Part shown: positions 11,024 to 21,313 of the stretch, in pieces
Numbering within the stretch: position 1 is the stretch's first letter
Layout: each line of letters opens with the position of its first letter
Origin: Calditrichia bacterium
Lineage (GTDB): Bacteria > Calditrichota > Calditrichia > JAJRVZ01
Assembly: GCA_963796965.1 (NCBI GenBank)
Contig: CAWCNS010000008.1
Location: forward strand, 224,001-288,000
Reading direction: 5' to 3'
DNA length: 64,000 bases
Notes under the pieces: model-generated
Seen by the model: the letters and a program-made list of their open reading frames with translations, nothing else
Database searches by the model: none
Told to the model about the DNA's origin: nothing
Made by a program: the position numbers and the translations under genes

Positions 11024-11789
11024 AAATTAACAAGCCACCACAACTTATTATTATTACTATACTTAAGTTGTCTGAATAATTATTCCAATTTTTTGAATAT
11101 AGGACACTTTGTTTCACTCAACAGCATATACACGGCCTATACAACTATTTATTTTAGAGTTACCTGTTAGGAACATTATGTTTCGCTGATCATACTTGAA
11201 ACAGATTGTTCTGTACACATTTCGGTTTTTTCCGGTTTACATCTAGTTAATTTCCAGTAAGTGCTGTGATCATTTAACTTATCAAGTGAATTTTATCTCT
11301 TATATTGCACATAACCTCCACCTGGCATTTTATCCTGTCTAAATTCAATTCAGGTCGAGGCCTATTTCAGCGCATTTCTGAACTACTACGCCACAAATCT
11401 ACAAATAGTTCCCAGGCGTGTCTGAGCAATATGATTATAATCGTAAAGATATCTGAATAAATACCAAACAAGCGTTTTTGTAGAGACGTCCTCCGATTAA
11501 CGGGATTTTCAACCAGAGGTACGTCACACCATCTATAGATTTTGACGCAAGGACAACCTACAAACATACACCAGCAGTTACAAATAATATCTGTTTTTAT
11601 TATGATCTCGCCATAGTCGACAAATTATACCATTAGGATAGATAACAAATACATCCAGCCTGAACATCGCCCCATAATCAGTGGCATTACCATCAAAAAC
11701 TGCCGCAAAAATTTCAACCAGATTGAAATGCTGTCTTATAGGAGAACGTTTCAATTATCAATAAATTATGGCAATAGGATCGATTACAA

Positions 11790-11814
11790 AGACGTCCCAA
11801 CGGGACGTCTCTAC
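11790..11814 (-). repeat. GTAG-type REP-like palindrome
   Basis: GTAG-AGACGTCCC-GTT-GGGACGTCT; a related half copy GTAGAGACGTCC at 11480. Confidence 0.55.
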
Positions 11815-11857
11815 AACTACCACAAAGAAAATTTTTGAAGCAATGATTTTTTACAAT

Positions 11858-11889
11858 AAAAAAAGGGCAAGATATATATCCTGCCCTTT
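11858..11889 (-). terminator. Intrinsic terminator (second of a tandem pair)
   Basis: AAAGGGCA...TGCCCTTT hairpin plus T tract on the minus strand. Confidence 0.65.
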
Positions 11890-11942
11890 ACCACCCCACA
11901 ACAATATTTTAATAATAATCAAATTTCATTGGAGATGTGGAC

Positions 11943-11977
11943 AAAAAAACCTCCCGGTCAATCTGACCGGGAGGTTT
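11943..11977 (-). terminator. Intrinsic terminator after the secreted cytochrome
   Basis: AAACCTCCCGGTCA-3 nt-TGACCGGGAGGTTT perfect hairpin plus T7. Confidence 0.85.
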
Positions 11978-12006
11978 AATCCCACCAACGAATCTTTTTA
12001 CTAATC

Positions 12007-14037
12007 TTACTTCAATAAAACCATTTTCTTAATAGCTGTATAATCTTCAGCTATAATCCGATACATATAAATACCTGATGCAAATTGAGCGCCATCAAAC
12101 CTGGCTTTATACGTACCTGCTTGCATATTATCGTCTACTAATGTTGCCACTTCTCGACCCAGCATATCATAAACCTTTATCGAGACCCTTCCCGCTTTTT
12201 TGATTGAGAAATCAATCTGTGTGTAAGGATTAAAAGGATTAGGATAGTTTTGTGATATTGAATACTCAGTAGGTGCTATACCAAGAACGGGGCTGATTGA
12301 GAGTATGTCATCGCGTACCTTGGCAATTGATAATTGCAGTAAGGAAACAGTAAAAGCGGGGTTATGAATCCCCAAACTTCTATCTTCCAATACAAATTCC
12401 CAATTATAAATCGCAGCGGCCACATCAAAGCCGGTTGTAGCGCTATCCACTACAAAATCACCGTCTTCGTCTGTTGGTAAGACCGAATAAAGTGTGTCCA
12501 TTAATCCTTGGACTTCGAGTTGCAATCCTTCTTCTTCACCATTACCATCATGATCAGCATTGCCATTGATATAAAATTTCTTCTCGGCAAATGTCTCACC
12601 AACAATACCATGACAATCTTCACAGGCAGCAACATTATCCACACCCTTCTGGTTTACCATGGCGAACGAATGCATTCCAGATGTGTTCAATTCATGATTT
12701 TCATCGAACTCACCGTGGGATCCAATTTCATACATATGACAGGTCACACAAGAGTTTGCTTCTCCGCCTGGTACAGCAGCGATGAGATGCGGCGAAGTCG
12801 GTAAATCTTCACCAAATGTCCAGGTATTTAAGGTAGTTAGCATTTCTGCCTGCGGACCATGATGCGGTCCAGTGGCCTGACTATTATCTAATCTATCTTG
12901 GATACGATCAGGTAAAGTCCGGCGGCTGTTATGACAATTCATACATAATTTACCCAAGCCACCTTGATTGACGACATCACCACTAGGCAGTGTAGCTTCC
13001 AGGGTTCTGAGCTGATATTCATTAGTTGCCTCATGAGGATCATGACATACGGCACAAGTAATATTATGATTTTCAGCCAAATCTTCTTCTATATCCATTT
13101 TTCCACCATCAACCCAATCAATAAAACCTTGACCATTATGGCAGGGCGCACAACTGGCTCTGGTATAAGGACGATTAAGGCTGGCATGATTAGAAACTTT
13201 CCATTGTGATGGGTAAACATGATAATGGTCATCATCATGACATGCCGCACAGGCATCTGGTCCTATATCAACAACCATTTTCCCATCTGTTGTAGCGCCG
13301 TTATGAGCACTTCCAGGTCCATGACAGTTTTCACATTGGATGTTTGCACGATCCATGGCAGCCGGATATGTTGCATACATGGAATCTGCCATACCAGGTT
13401 CAAGAACGCCGGGAAACACAAATTCAAAATCATCAAAACCATCATTGTTGGCCATCGCATCAAAACCAACTGTATGACAAGAAACACATCCTTCACCATA
13501 ATGACTACTTTTTATACCATCCAGAGCCTCATCCAGGAAAGTGGCATGACCGGTAGCTGACCAAGGTGTGTACTGGTCGCCGAAAGCACCACTATGACAG
13601 TTTTTACAATTTTTCTCAACGCCCAAAAATTTTGCAGCATTCATCACGACCGTATCCGCATACGTACCTTCTGTAACGATGACTGTATAGGTGCCCAGCA
13701 CATCAGGAACTAAAGTCACTATTTCGCTGGCTGAATCAACTTCTGTCGCTGTAGAAAGACTGGCCTCTGACCCACCTGGCGCAGTTAGATCCCACATCAG
13801 ATCGGTAATCATTGAATCCTCAAAAGTAGCCTTGAGGTACACTTTGGTCTCAACGCCAACATTGGCCAAACCGGTAGAAACACGGTCTTTTACACCCAGA
13901 TAATGCGGGTTTCCAACCGTATCTCTAGCAACCTCTGCCGGTGACACGCCATGGGTTTCTAGCAGCAGATCCTGCGGAAACACCATTACAGCACTCACCA
14001 AAACGAGTAGTAATGATAGTAAAAACATCTTGTTCAT
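12007..14037 (-). CDS. Nonaheme cytochrome c (c554/c552-like) with a T9SS-type C-terminal sorting domain
   Basis: Signal peptide; CKNCH, CVSCH, CENCH, CAACH, CAPCH, CAVCH, CMNCH, CVTCH, CEDCH; EDRSLGIHNP; C-terminal SQNYPNPFNP..YDMLGREVATLV..SGIYMYRI..KKMVLLK. Confidence 0.9.
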   Translation of the reverse strand: MNKMFLLSLLLVLVSAVMVFPQDLLLETHGVSPAEVARDTVGNPHYLGVKDRVSTGLANVGVETKVYLKATFEDSMITDLMWDLTAPGGSEASLSTATEVDSASEIVTLVPDVLGTYTVIVTEGTYADTVVMNAAKFLGVEKNCKNCHSGAFGDQYTPWSATGHATFLDEALDGIKSSHYGEGCVSCHTVGFDAMANNDGFDDFEFVFPGVLEPGMADSMYATYPAAMDRANIQCENCHGPGSAHNGATTDGKMVVDIGPDACAACHDDDHYHVYPSQWKVSNHASLNRPYTRASCAPCHNGQGFIDWVDGGKMDIEEDLAENHNITCAVCHDPHEATNEYQLRTLEATLPSGDVVNQGGLGKLCMNCHNSRRTLPDRIQDRLDNSQATGPHHGPQAEMLTTLNTWTFGEDLPTSPHLIAAVPGGEANSCVTCHMYEIGSHGEFDENHELNTSGMHSFAMVNQKGVDNVAACEDCHGIVGETFAEKKFYINGNADHDGNGEEEGLQLEVQGLMDTLYSVLPTDEDGDFVVDSATTGFDVAAAIYNWEFVLEDRSLGIHNPAFTVSLLQLSIAKVRDDILSISPVLGIAPTEYSISQNYPNPFNPYTQIDFSIKKAGRVSIKVYDMLGREVATLVDDNMQAGTYKARFDGAQFASGIYMYRIIAEDYTAIKKMVLLK

Positions 14038-14077
14038 TGTAAAGCCTCCTTAGGTTAATTAATCGGGGTAAATTGAT

Positions 14078-14468
14078 TTATACGTTTAACGTTTCTTTAT
14101 TGTGTTCCTTCACGACCGCCTGAAAACTATCTAATAATTCATTGGTATCGAGCGGCTTTATTGCATAATAATAAATGCCCAGAGGGCTTATTTCTTTGCC
14201 AAGGTCAATACTGGCATTTGATGTGACAAAAATTATCCTGATAGATTTATTGACCTTCCGAATCGATTTTAAGACATGAACTGTTTCCGGATGCAGAAAG
14301 TCATCATCAATAATAAGAATAGAAGGGTTTAGACTCACATACGGTGGACATCACATCCAGAGGATCATTACTTTCATCACAAACCTTTATCGGTTCGTCA
14401 GAAATCAGACTGGCGTTGTCTTTTAACCTTAATAGTTCAGGATCCTTACTGATCATAATCGTTCGCAT
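14078..14468 (-). CDS. Stand-alone atypical receiver-domain protein (one frameshift near 14338)
   Basis: MRTIMISKDPEL..DPLDVMSTVC shifts into SLNPSILIIDDDF..IIFVTS..YAIKPL; lacks the N-terminal acidic pair. Confidence 0.65.
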
Positions 14469-14480
14469 GACCAGCCATAC

Positions 14481-14496
14481 TGCAACTTATATGCCA
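14481..14496 (-). promoter_or_regulatory. sigma-54 promoter
   Basis: TGGCAT-ATAAG-TTGCA, close to the consensus; divergent from the kinase/activator pair. Confidence 0.7.
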
Positions 14497-14833
14497 TCTT
14501 TCTTTTAATTATGAGACATTAATCACATTCATATGTCAAATCATTCACAGGAATTGTCCGCAATTAAACACCCCAGATGCTATTGGTTCTTAACATATTG
14601 TTTATATTAAATATATATTCAGTATTTTTCTATAAAATTCTCATCTAAACAAATAACGAGGTTAGATTACACCGCGAAAAAATGTTTATTTTCTTCTATA
14701 ATTATTTGTCTGTATAATAAAAGTATAAATTCCCAGCCCAATTTCTTATATAAATCAGGACATACCTGTCACAGTGGGACAATTATGCGACAGACTTTTG
14801 TATAATTGTGATTTTTTTGTGTATATTTGCGCC

Positions 14834-16306
14834 ATGTTAAAGACAATCAATTCAAAATTTATCGTTTTTACGATAATTTTTATTATTCTCAGCGTCGGTA
14901 TTCCGACCATGTTTCTTTTATCTCAGTTTCAGGCAAATTTTCACCAACGCTCTATCGTTATGTTGCAATCTACGATTGACGTCGTAAACAGCTGTCTGCG
15001 TAATGCCATGCTCTTAGGACGGCAAAAGCACCTGCCCACCATTCTTGAAAATATTTCCAATAATGAAGGAGTAGACCATATCCGAATATTTGGCAAGGAT
15101 GGGAAAATTCATTTTTCAGCCAATTCAGCGGAAGTTGGCCGTAACATATATAAAATTGCTCCTGGCCATGTATCCGCTCAACTGACCGAGGATAGACAAA
15201 CTTTTATTAATGAAGTGGATCGCACCTATTCCGTAACCTCCGCGATTATCAATGAAAAAATTTGTAAGGATTGTCATACTGACGATGGAAATATCATCGC
15301 CTACGTAGATGTAGACACAGACCTGACCCAGGCAGAGGTCAACTTTGAAACCGGCTCGGTACATATGAGTTTTCTCGCTGCGGCAATCATTCTGATTCTT
15401 TTTATTGGCTTTTATTTGATTTTCAATCATTTTATTAACAAACCCCTGGGCCGCTTTAAAAAGGCGCTGGATGAAGTTGATAAGGGAAATCTAAATGTGC
15501 AATTGCCTGCAAAAAAGTCCGATGAAATAGGCGTTCTTGAGGGACATTTTAATACGATGGTCTCAAACCTTCAAACCTCAAATCAAAAGATTGACGAGAT
15601 GCATTTTGAGCAGCTGCAACGTGCTGACAAGTTGGTAACTTTAGGGGAATTAGCCGCCGAAATGGCCCATGAGATAAACAATCCGGCCGGTATTATTATG
15701 ACACGTGCGGATTATATCCAGATGGGGATAAGTGATAACCCGGATTTGAAAAAATATGATGAAGATCTGGATGTTGTGATTAATCAAGTCAATAAAATTT
15801 CCAAAATCACCGGTAGCATGCTTAAATACAGCAAAAAATTACCTAAAGAATTCGATGAGGTGAATCTGGAACTCATAACTGAGGAGAGTTTAACGGTTCT
15901 TGGACCGCGTCTGGCTAAGAACAATATTCAGGTAGAAAGGCATTTTAAGTCTGATCAACCTTTAATTCTGGCAGATCCGATTCAGATGGAACAAGTCTGT
16001 ACGAATTTAGTAAACAATGCCGTTGATGCCATGGAAAAAGATGGAAACCTAACCATTGGTATAGAGGATATTGATAGTAAACATATCCTATGGACCATTA
16101 AGGATAATGGTGTTGGCATGGGAGAGGATACACGGGAACAAATTTTTAATCCATTTTTTACAACCAAAGATGCCAATAAAGGTACAGGCCTGGGGCTCTA
16201 TATCGTAAAAAATATATGCAAAAACCATAATGCTGAGATTGAATGCATCAGCCAACCAAAAAATGGTACCATTTTTAATATTATTTTCCATAAGATTATA
16301 AAATAG
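14834..16306 (+). CDS. HAMP sensor histidine kinase with a periplasmic heme-c motif
   Basis: Two TM helices, periplasmic CKDCH, HAMP, H-box AHEINNP, N-box NLVNNA, DNGVG, GTGLGL. Confidence 0.9.
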   Translation: MLKTINSKFIVFTIIFIILSVGIPTMFLLSQFQANFHQRSIVMLQSTIDVVNSCLRNAMLLGRQKHLPTILENISNNEGVDHIRIFGKDGKIHFSANSAEVGRNIYKIAPGHVSAQLTEDRQTFINEVDRTYSVTSAIINEKICKDCHTDDGNIIAYVDVDTDLTQAEVNFETGSVHMSFLAAAIILILFIGFYLIFNHFINKPLGRFKKALDEVDKGNLNVQLPAKKSDEIGVLEGHFNTMVSNLQTSNQKIDEMHFEQLQRADKLVTLGELAAEMAHEINNPAGIIMTRADYIQMGISDNPDLKKYDEDLDVVINQVNKISKITGSMLKYSKKLPKEFDEVNLELITEESLTVLGPRLAKNNIQVERHFKSDQPLILADPIQMEQVCTNLVNNAVDAMEKDGNLTIGIEDIDSKHILWTIKDNGVGMGEDTREQIFNPFFTTKDANKGTGLGLYIVKNICKNHNAEIECISQPKNGTIFNIIFHKIIK

Positions 16307-17665
16307 ATGAAACGAATATTCGTAATAGATGATGAAGCAGAAATGCTGCAAAGTCTAAAAAAAATACTATCGCAGCGCAATGATCTTTCAGTGGAGACAT
16401 CTCAGGATCCTGACACCGCTCTTAATACCATTTCCAATTCTGATTTTGATATTATATTAACAGATTTGAAAATGGGAAAAATATCCGGAATGGATATCCT
16501 CAAAGCAGCACGCAAAAGAGATACAAACGCAAAAGTTGTGGTAATTTCCGGCTATGGTACCATTGAAGCCAGTGTCGCGGCCATACAGGAAGGTGCTTTC
16601 GATTTTATTGAGAAACCGTTTACATCAAAAAAATTATTTTCCTGTATTGACAAGGCTTTGGCAGATAGCGCATCAGAAAAGTCGAAGGAAAATAACAATC
16701 AACTCATACCCGGATTTATCTCCCAAAACAATCGAATTGCTGAGATTATTTCCATGGTATATAAGATTGCCCCCGGAGAAATGAGTGTTCTTTTAACCGG
16801 TGAGAGTGGAACCGGGAAAGAGCTTATCGCCCGGGCAATACACAATCAGAGCAAGCGCTCTTTAAATCCTTTCGTTCCGGTTAATTGTGGGGCTTTACCC
16901 GAAAATCTATTTGAGAGTGAACTCTTTGGGCATGAGAGGGGCGCTTTTACAGGTGCCGTAAAAACCAAACCCGGGTTGCTCGAATTTGCCAATCAGGGAA
17001 CTTTCTTTTTTGATGAAATTGGTGATCTAAGTTTAACTCTCCAGGTCAAACTATTACGCATGTTGGAAGACCGCCAAATTAGACGCGTAGGCGGCCAAAA
17101 AGAAATTGATATAGATGTGCGTATTATTGCCGCCACCAACAAAGATATCACCACCCATGTCAGAGAAGGTAGTTTTCGGGAGGATCTGTTCTATCGTCTG
17201 AATACCATCCAGATTGAACTCCCGCCACTACGAGATCGCACCGATGATATTTTGCCGCTGGCACAGCATTTTTTAAATGAACTGTCACAAAAAAATGATA
17301 AAGTCATATCGAGGATTTCCAGCGACGCAGAAGAATCCCTCAAAGGTTACTCCTGGCCCGGAAATGTACGGGAATTGCAAAATATGATATCCAGAGCTTA
17401 TTTTTTATGCACTTCTCCTATAATCGAAAAGACGGACCTGCCCCTCCCTGCATCTATCCAGGCATTTACCCTTGAAAGGCAAATGCTCGATTTATCCTAT
17501 AAAGATGCCAAAGATTATGTACTAGAAAAGTTTGAAACGGAATATCTCTCCTACCAGCTAAAAAAGCACGAGGGCAATATATCTAAGGCTGCAGCAGAAT
17601 GCGGCATCGATCGTCGCTCCATTCACAGGTTACTCACTAAATACAACATCATGTACAAAGACTGA
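16307..17665 (+). CDS. sigma-54-dependent response regulator (NtrC/AtoC family)
   Basis: Receiver, GESGTGKE, GAFTGA, WPGNVREL, Fis-type HTH. Confidence 0.95.
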   Translation: MKRIFVIDDEAEMLQSLKKILSQRNDLSVETSQDPDTALNTISNSDFDIILTDLKMGKISGMDILKAARKRDTNAKVVVISGYGTIEASVAAIQEGAFDFIEKPFTSKKLFSCIDKALADSASEKSKENNNQLIPGFISQNNRIAEIISMVYKIAPGEMSVLLTGESGTGKELIARAIHNQSKRSLNPFVPVNCGALPENLFESELFGHERGAFTGAVKTKPGLLEFANQGTFFFDEIGDLSLTLQVKLLRMLEDRQIRRVGGQKEIDIDVRIIAATNKDITTHVREGSFREDLFYRLNTIQIELPPLRDRTDDILPLAQHFLNELSQKNDKVISRISSDAEESLKGYSWPGNVRELQNMISRAYFLCTSPIIEKTDLPLPASIQAFTLERQMLDLSYKDAKDYVLEKFETEYLSYQLKKHEGNISKAAAECGIDRRSIHRLLTKYNIMYKD

Positions 17666-17797
17666 TTAATTGTCAATTGACAATTACAAATTTCTAATTA
17701 CAGATTATAGATTATAGATTACTAACTTTCAATTCCTCCTCCCTAATTCCTATCTCCAAAAAAGAAATCTTATTTTATAATTGCTTTATATGTTTTC

Positions 17798-17813
17798 TGG
17801 CATGAAAATTGTC
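17798..17813 (+). promoter_or_regulatory. sigma-54-like promoter for the imcH-like gene
   Basis: TGGCAT-GAAAA-TTGTC, 58 nt upstream of ATG. Confidence 0.55.
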
Positions 17814-17870
17814 TATATTTTCTCATTAAACCAACCCAATTCGAATTCAAATATAGACAAAGGATAAATT

Positions 17871-19379
17871 ATGAAACTTAAACTGCCCCCATCATCCAAG
17901 AACTGGCTCTCATTGGCAGGTGCCATGATTGCATTAATCAGTTTTTTTATGATCGTATTTTTATTTGTTGTTACCTGGCTCTTCGATGAGGGCGGCTCCT
18001 ATCTGGGTCTGGTCATATATATTCTTCTACCGTCTATTATGGTGATGGGATTAATTCTCATTCCCATTGGGATGTTCAGGGAGATTCGTAAACGAAAAAG
18101 GGGTGAAGCAGAAGATGAAAAAGAATGGCCCAGAATTGATCTCAATGATGTTCGGCATCGCAATGCGTCACTTATCTTTCTGGTTGGAACGACCATATTT
18201 CTTTTCATTTCGGCAATCGGCAGCTATGAAGCCTTTCACTATACAGAATCTGTTGAATTTTGCGGAACCACCTGCCACAAGGTGATGGAGCCAGAACACA
18301 CGGCCTACATGAGTTCACCCCATGCCCGGGTTGCCTGTGTGCAATGTCACGTTGGGTCCGGCGCTGATTGGTATATGCGCTCAAAACTTTCCGGCCTATA
18401 TCAGGTATATTCTGTTATTGTCGGTGCCTATTCCCAGCCAATTCACACACCGATTAAAAATCTTCGGCCGGCACGTGAAACCTGTGAGAAATGTCACTGG
18501 CCGGAAAAGTTTTATGCTCAAAAATTACGTTCAGAACGTCATTATTTGAATGATGAAGAAAATACCCAATGGGACATTCATCTTATCATGAAGATTGGCG
18601 CCCAATATTCGGCAATGGGTTTGCAGGAAGGGATCCATTGGCATATTAATCCTGATGTAAAGATTGAGTACGTGGCAACTGATGAGAAAAATCTTGAAAT
18701 TCCCTGGGTACGCTATACAAATCTTAAGAGTGGTGAAACCATCGAATATATGGATGAAGAAAATCCGATTGAGGAAGAAAAGCTGGCTAACGCCCAGGTT
18801 AGCCGAATGGATTGCATGGATTGCCATAATCGGCCCTCACATAGTTACCGACCTCCGGCAATTTTTGTCAATGATGCCATCACAGCCGGTGAAATTCCTT
18901 CAACGTTACCGGAAATAAAATCCTTAGCCATGGAAATTTGTTCAGAGGAGTTCCCATCTGCCGACAGTGCAAAAAAATATATCCATGATACCATTTATGG
19001 TTTTTATAAAGAAAATTACGAAGAAATTTATCAGGATAACCGGGATCTCATTGATAAAGCGGTCACAGGCTTGATTGGTGCTTATTCCGAAAACATCTTT
19101 CCTTATATGAAAGTAAAATGGGATGCCTATCCCAACCATATTGGTCATCTTGAATTTGATGGCTGTTTTCGCTGTCATAATGATCGCCATACCAGTGAGG
19201 ACGGCAAAGTGATATCACGTGATTGCGATGCCTGTCACAGTATCATCGCTCAAGGGACGCTTGATGATAAAATGCTTGCCAATCTTGGCGAATCATTGGA
19301 GTTTGTGCATCCTGCTGATGTGGGGGAGGATTGGAAAGAAATGATGTGTACAGATTGTCATACAGGGCTGAATCCTTAA
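17871..19379 (+). CDS. ImcH-like NapC/NirT-family inner-membrane heptaheme cytochrome c
   Basis: Three N-terminal TM helices; FCGTTCH, CVQCH, RPARETCEKCHWP, GIHWH, CMDCHNRPSH, CFRCH, CDACH, CTDCH. Confidence 0.85.
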   Translation: MKLKLPPSSKNWLSLAGAMIALISFFMIVFLFVVTWLFDEGGSYLGLVIYILLPSIMVMGLILIPIGMFREIRKRKRGEAEDEKEWPRIDLNDVRHRNASLIFLVGTTIFLFISAIGSYEAFHYTESVEFCGTTCHKVMEPEHTAYMSSPHARVACVQCHVGSGADWYMRSKLSGLYQVYSVIVGAYSQPIHTPIKNLRPARETCEKCHWPEKFYAQKLRSERHYLNDEENTQWDIHLIMKIGAQYSAMGLQEGIHWHINPDVKIEYVATDEKNLEIPWVRYTNLKSGETIEYMDEENPIEEEKLANAQVSRMDCMDCHNRPSHSYRPPAIFVNDAITAGEIPSTLPEIKSLAMEICSEEFPSADSAKKYIHDTIYGFYKENYEEIYQDNRDLIDKAVTGLIGAYSENIFPYMKVKWDAYPNHIGHLEFDGCFRCHNDRHTSEDGKVISRDCDACHSIIAQGTLDDKMLANLGESLEFVHPADVGEDWKEMMCTDCHTGLNP

Positions 19380-19591
19380 AAATTTAGCCACAGAGGGCTC
19401 AGAGAGAAAAATTCCAATTAAAAATTTAGAATGTAGAATTAAGAATTCAAATATTTAATTCGTAATTTTAAACTCTTAATTAGTAATATCTTCGTTCTTT
19501 GATCCTCCTTTGGCAATTTGTGGTTAAATAAAATCGTTCAGCCAACTAAGATCAATACGAGCCATAATCCTTTGCGTAACGGCGCGATTAA

Positions 19592-21313
19592 GAGGCTGTG
19601 TAGAAACACAGCCTCAATACTTTATTTTTAAGTAAATTTTCAGATTTTTAGTTGTTCTTTGACAATATTATTCCAAAAATGCCCGATTTAGGCAATGAAA
19701 AACAAAATGACTTAGATATCAAGCCATTTTCCAGTCATATCTCTGAATCATATCCATAATATCCTGATATGATTCAATAGATAATAATCGCCTAAAATTA
19801 TAAACGGTCGTGAAGATATTTATTTCAGTTGTCACTTTTTTCTTACCTCGGAGAAGCAATGGAATTTTTCCCATCCAATATTTAATCGTACCAAAGGGAT
19901 GCTCAACCATTTGCTTGCGAAGATGGATCATTTTCTTAGCGGTGATGCCTGACATACGACGACGATAAGTATCACGCCAACTCTGATTATGATAACGTTG
20001 GATAAGACGTCCATATTTAGAAGTTGTACATTGGGTTCTCGAGATGCATCGGTCACATTCAATACCTTGATAGACATCGTATCGTTGACCGTTATCAACT
20101 TTGTTTTTCTGTTTCCTTATTAATCGTTTACCTTCTGAGCAACGGTATTCATCTTGTTCTTCATCATAGTTAAAAGTGATAGGGCGATCATCATATCTGT
20201 GTTTTGGCCTTGGAACATAACAGGTCGTTTGATTTGTATTTTCGACGTTTTCTATCTGAGTCAGGTTATAGTATCCGCTATCGGTAACGGCAGCCTCAGG
20301 TATTAAATCTGTTTCCTGTTCTAATTCTTTGAGCATCGGTTCTATAAGATTGGTATCGTTTGAGGCATCAAAAACGTGGCTGTGGGCGATCATGTGATGG
20401 GCCTGATCAACAGCAATCTGGGTATTATAGGCTGGAATCATTCCATCGCGACTGCGCATTAAGTTAGCCTGTGGATCACTCTGGCTAATAGAGGTTCGTG
20501 ATTGTGATAGTAAAATATCTTTTTGTTTTTGCAGATTTTCTACCTGTTTCTGAAGTTTGGAGATTTTATCAAGCAAGACCTGATTCGTACTACCGGGATC
20601 CTTGAAGTCATCATCGGAAGAAGATTCGTCAATTTCTTCTAAAAGATCTTCCCGGCGATCATTTATCAATAACTGTTCTAAATATTGATCAAGTTTTTTG
20701 TCCAAGTGGTCTAAACGATGTTCAATTTTCTTGATGGTTAGCATATCTTTGTTGGTATTGGCTTTCACTTTGCTGCCATCAATAGCAATCAATTTTCCCT
20801 GGATGTAACCCTTGTCTCTAAGAAAGTGGCGAAACTTTTTAGTAACATATTTAATTGCAGCAGCATTATCTTTGCGGTAGTCAGCAATACTTTTATGATC
20901 GGGTTTAAGGTTGCCTATAAGCCAAATAACTTCGATATTACGATGACATTCGCGTTCTAATTTGCGACTGGTTTTGATGCTATTTAAATAACCATAAAGA
21001 AAAAGTTTTAACATCGTTACAGGGTTATAGGCGCGACGTCCGGAGTTCTTTTGCCCCTTATAGGCAAATTCTTCCGGGTTAGCTGACACAATAGCATCAA
21101 TAAGAGCATCGATCAATCGAACGTAATGGTCATAGGGAACCAAGTCATCGAGCGATTGCATGAAAGTAACCTGGTTACGATCATCTGGAAAAATATAATG
21201 CATAGATATAGTCCGGTTAATTTTAAATAATTAACCTAATTTAATAAATAACAATATATTATGTTAGATTTCTTTAAAAATTTGAGGTTGTGTGGTTGTT
21301 TTCACACAACCTC
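19592..21313 (-). mobile_element. IS1182-family insertion sequence, 1722 bp, TTAA target duplication
   Basis: Terminal IRs GAGGCTGTGTAGAAAC and (reverse complement) GAGGTTGTGTGAAAAC; TTAA at 19588-19591 and 21314-21317. Confidence 0.85.
19719..21203 (-). CDS. IS1182-family DDE transposase
   Basis: GRRAYNP..MLKLFLYGY..SRKLE, PDHKSIADYRK, IDGSKVKAN, DSGY, RKQMVEHPFGTIK. Confidence 0.92.
   Translation of the reverse strand: MHYIFPDDRNQVTFMQSLDDLVPYDHYVRLIDALIDAIVSANPEEFAYKGQKNSGRRAYNPVTMLKLFLYGYLNSIKTSRKLERECHRNIEVIWLIGNLKPDHKSIADYRKDNAAAIKYVTKKFRHFLRDKGYIQGKLIAIDGSKVKANTNKDMLTIKKIEHRLDHLDKKLDQYLEQLLINDRREDLLEEIDESSSDDDFKDPGSTNQVLLDKISKLQKQVENLQKQKDILLSQSRTSISQSDPQANLMRSRDGMIPAYNTQIAVDQAHHMIAHSHVFDASNDTNLIEPMLKELEQETDLIPEAAVTDSGYYNLTQIENVENTNQTTCYVPRPKHRYDDRPITFNYDEEQDEYRCSEGKRLIRKQKNKVDNGQRYDVYQGIECDRCISRTQCTTSKYGRLIQRYHNQSWRDTYRRRMSGITAKKMIHLRKQMVEHPFGTIKYWMGKIPLLLRGKKKVTTEINIFTTVYNFRRLLSIESYQDIMDMIQRYDWKMA

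Noticed and set aside
12007..14037. NrfA or octaheme nitrite reductase call for the 9-heme protein
   Set aside because: No CXXCK active-site motif; only the DRSLGIHN C-terminal resemblance
14797..14829. Bacteroidota-type housekeeping promoter TTTG-N21-TATATTTG before the kinase
   Set aside because: Good spacing, but a single short match in very AT-rich DNA; not enough support to list as a feature
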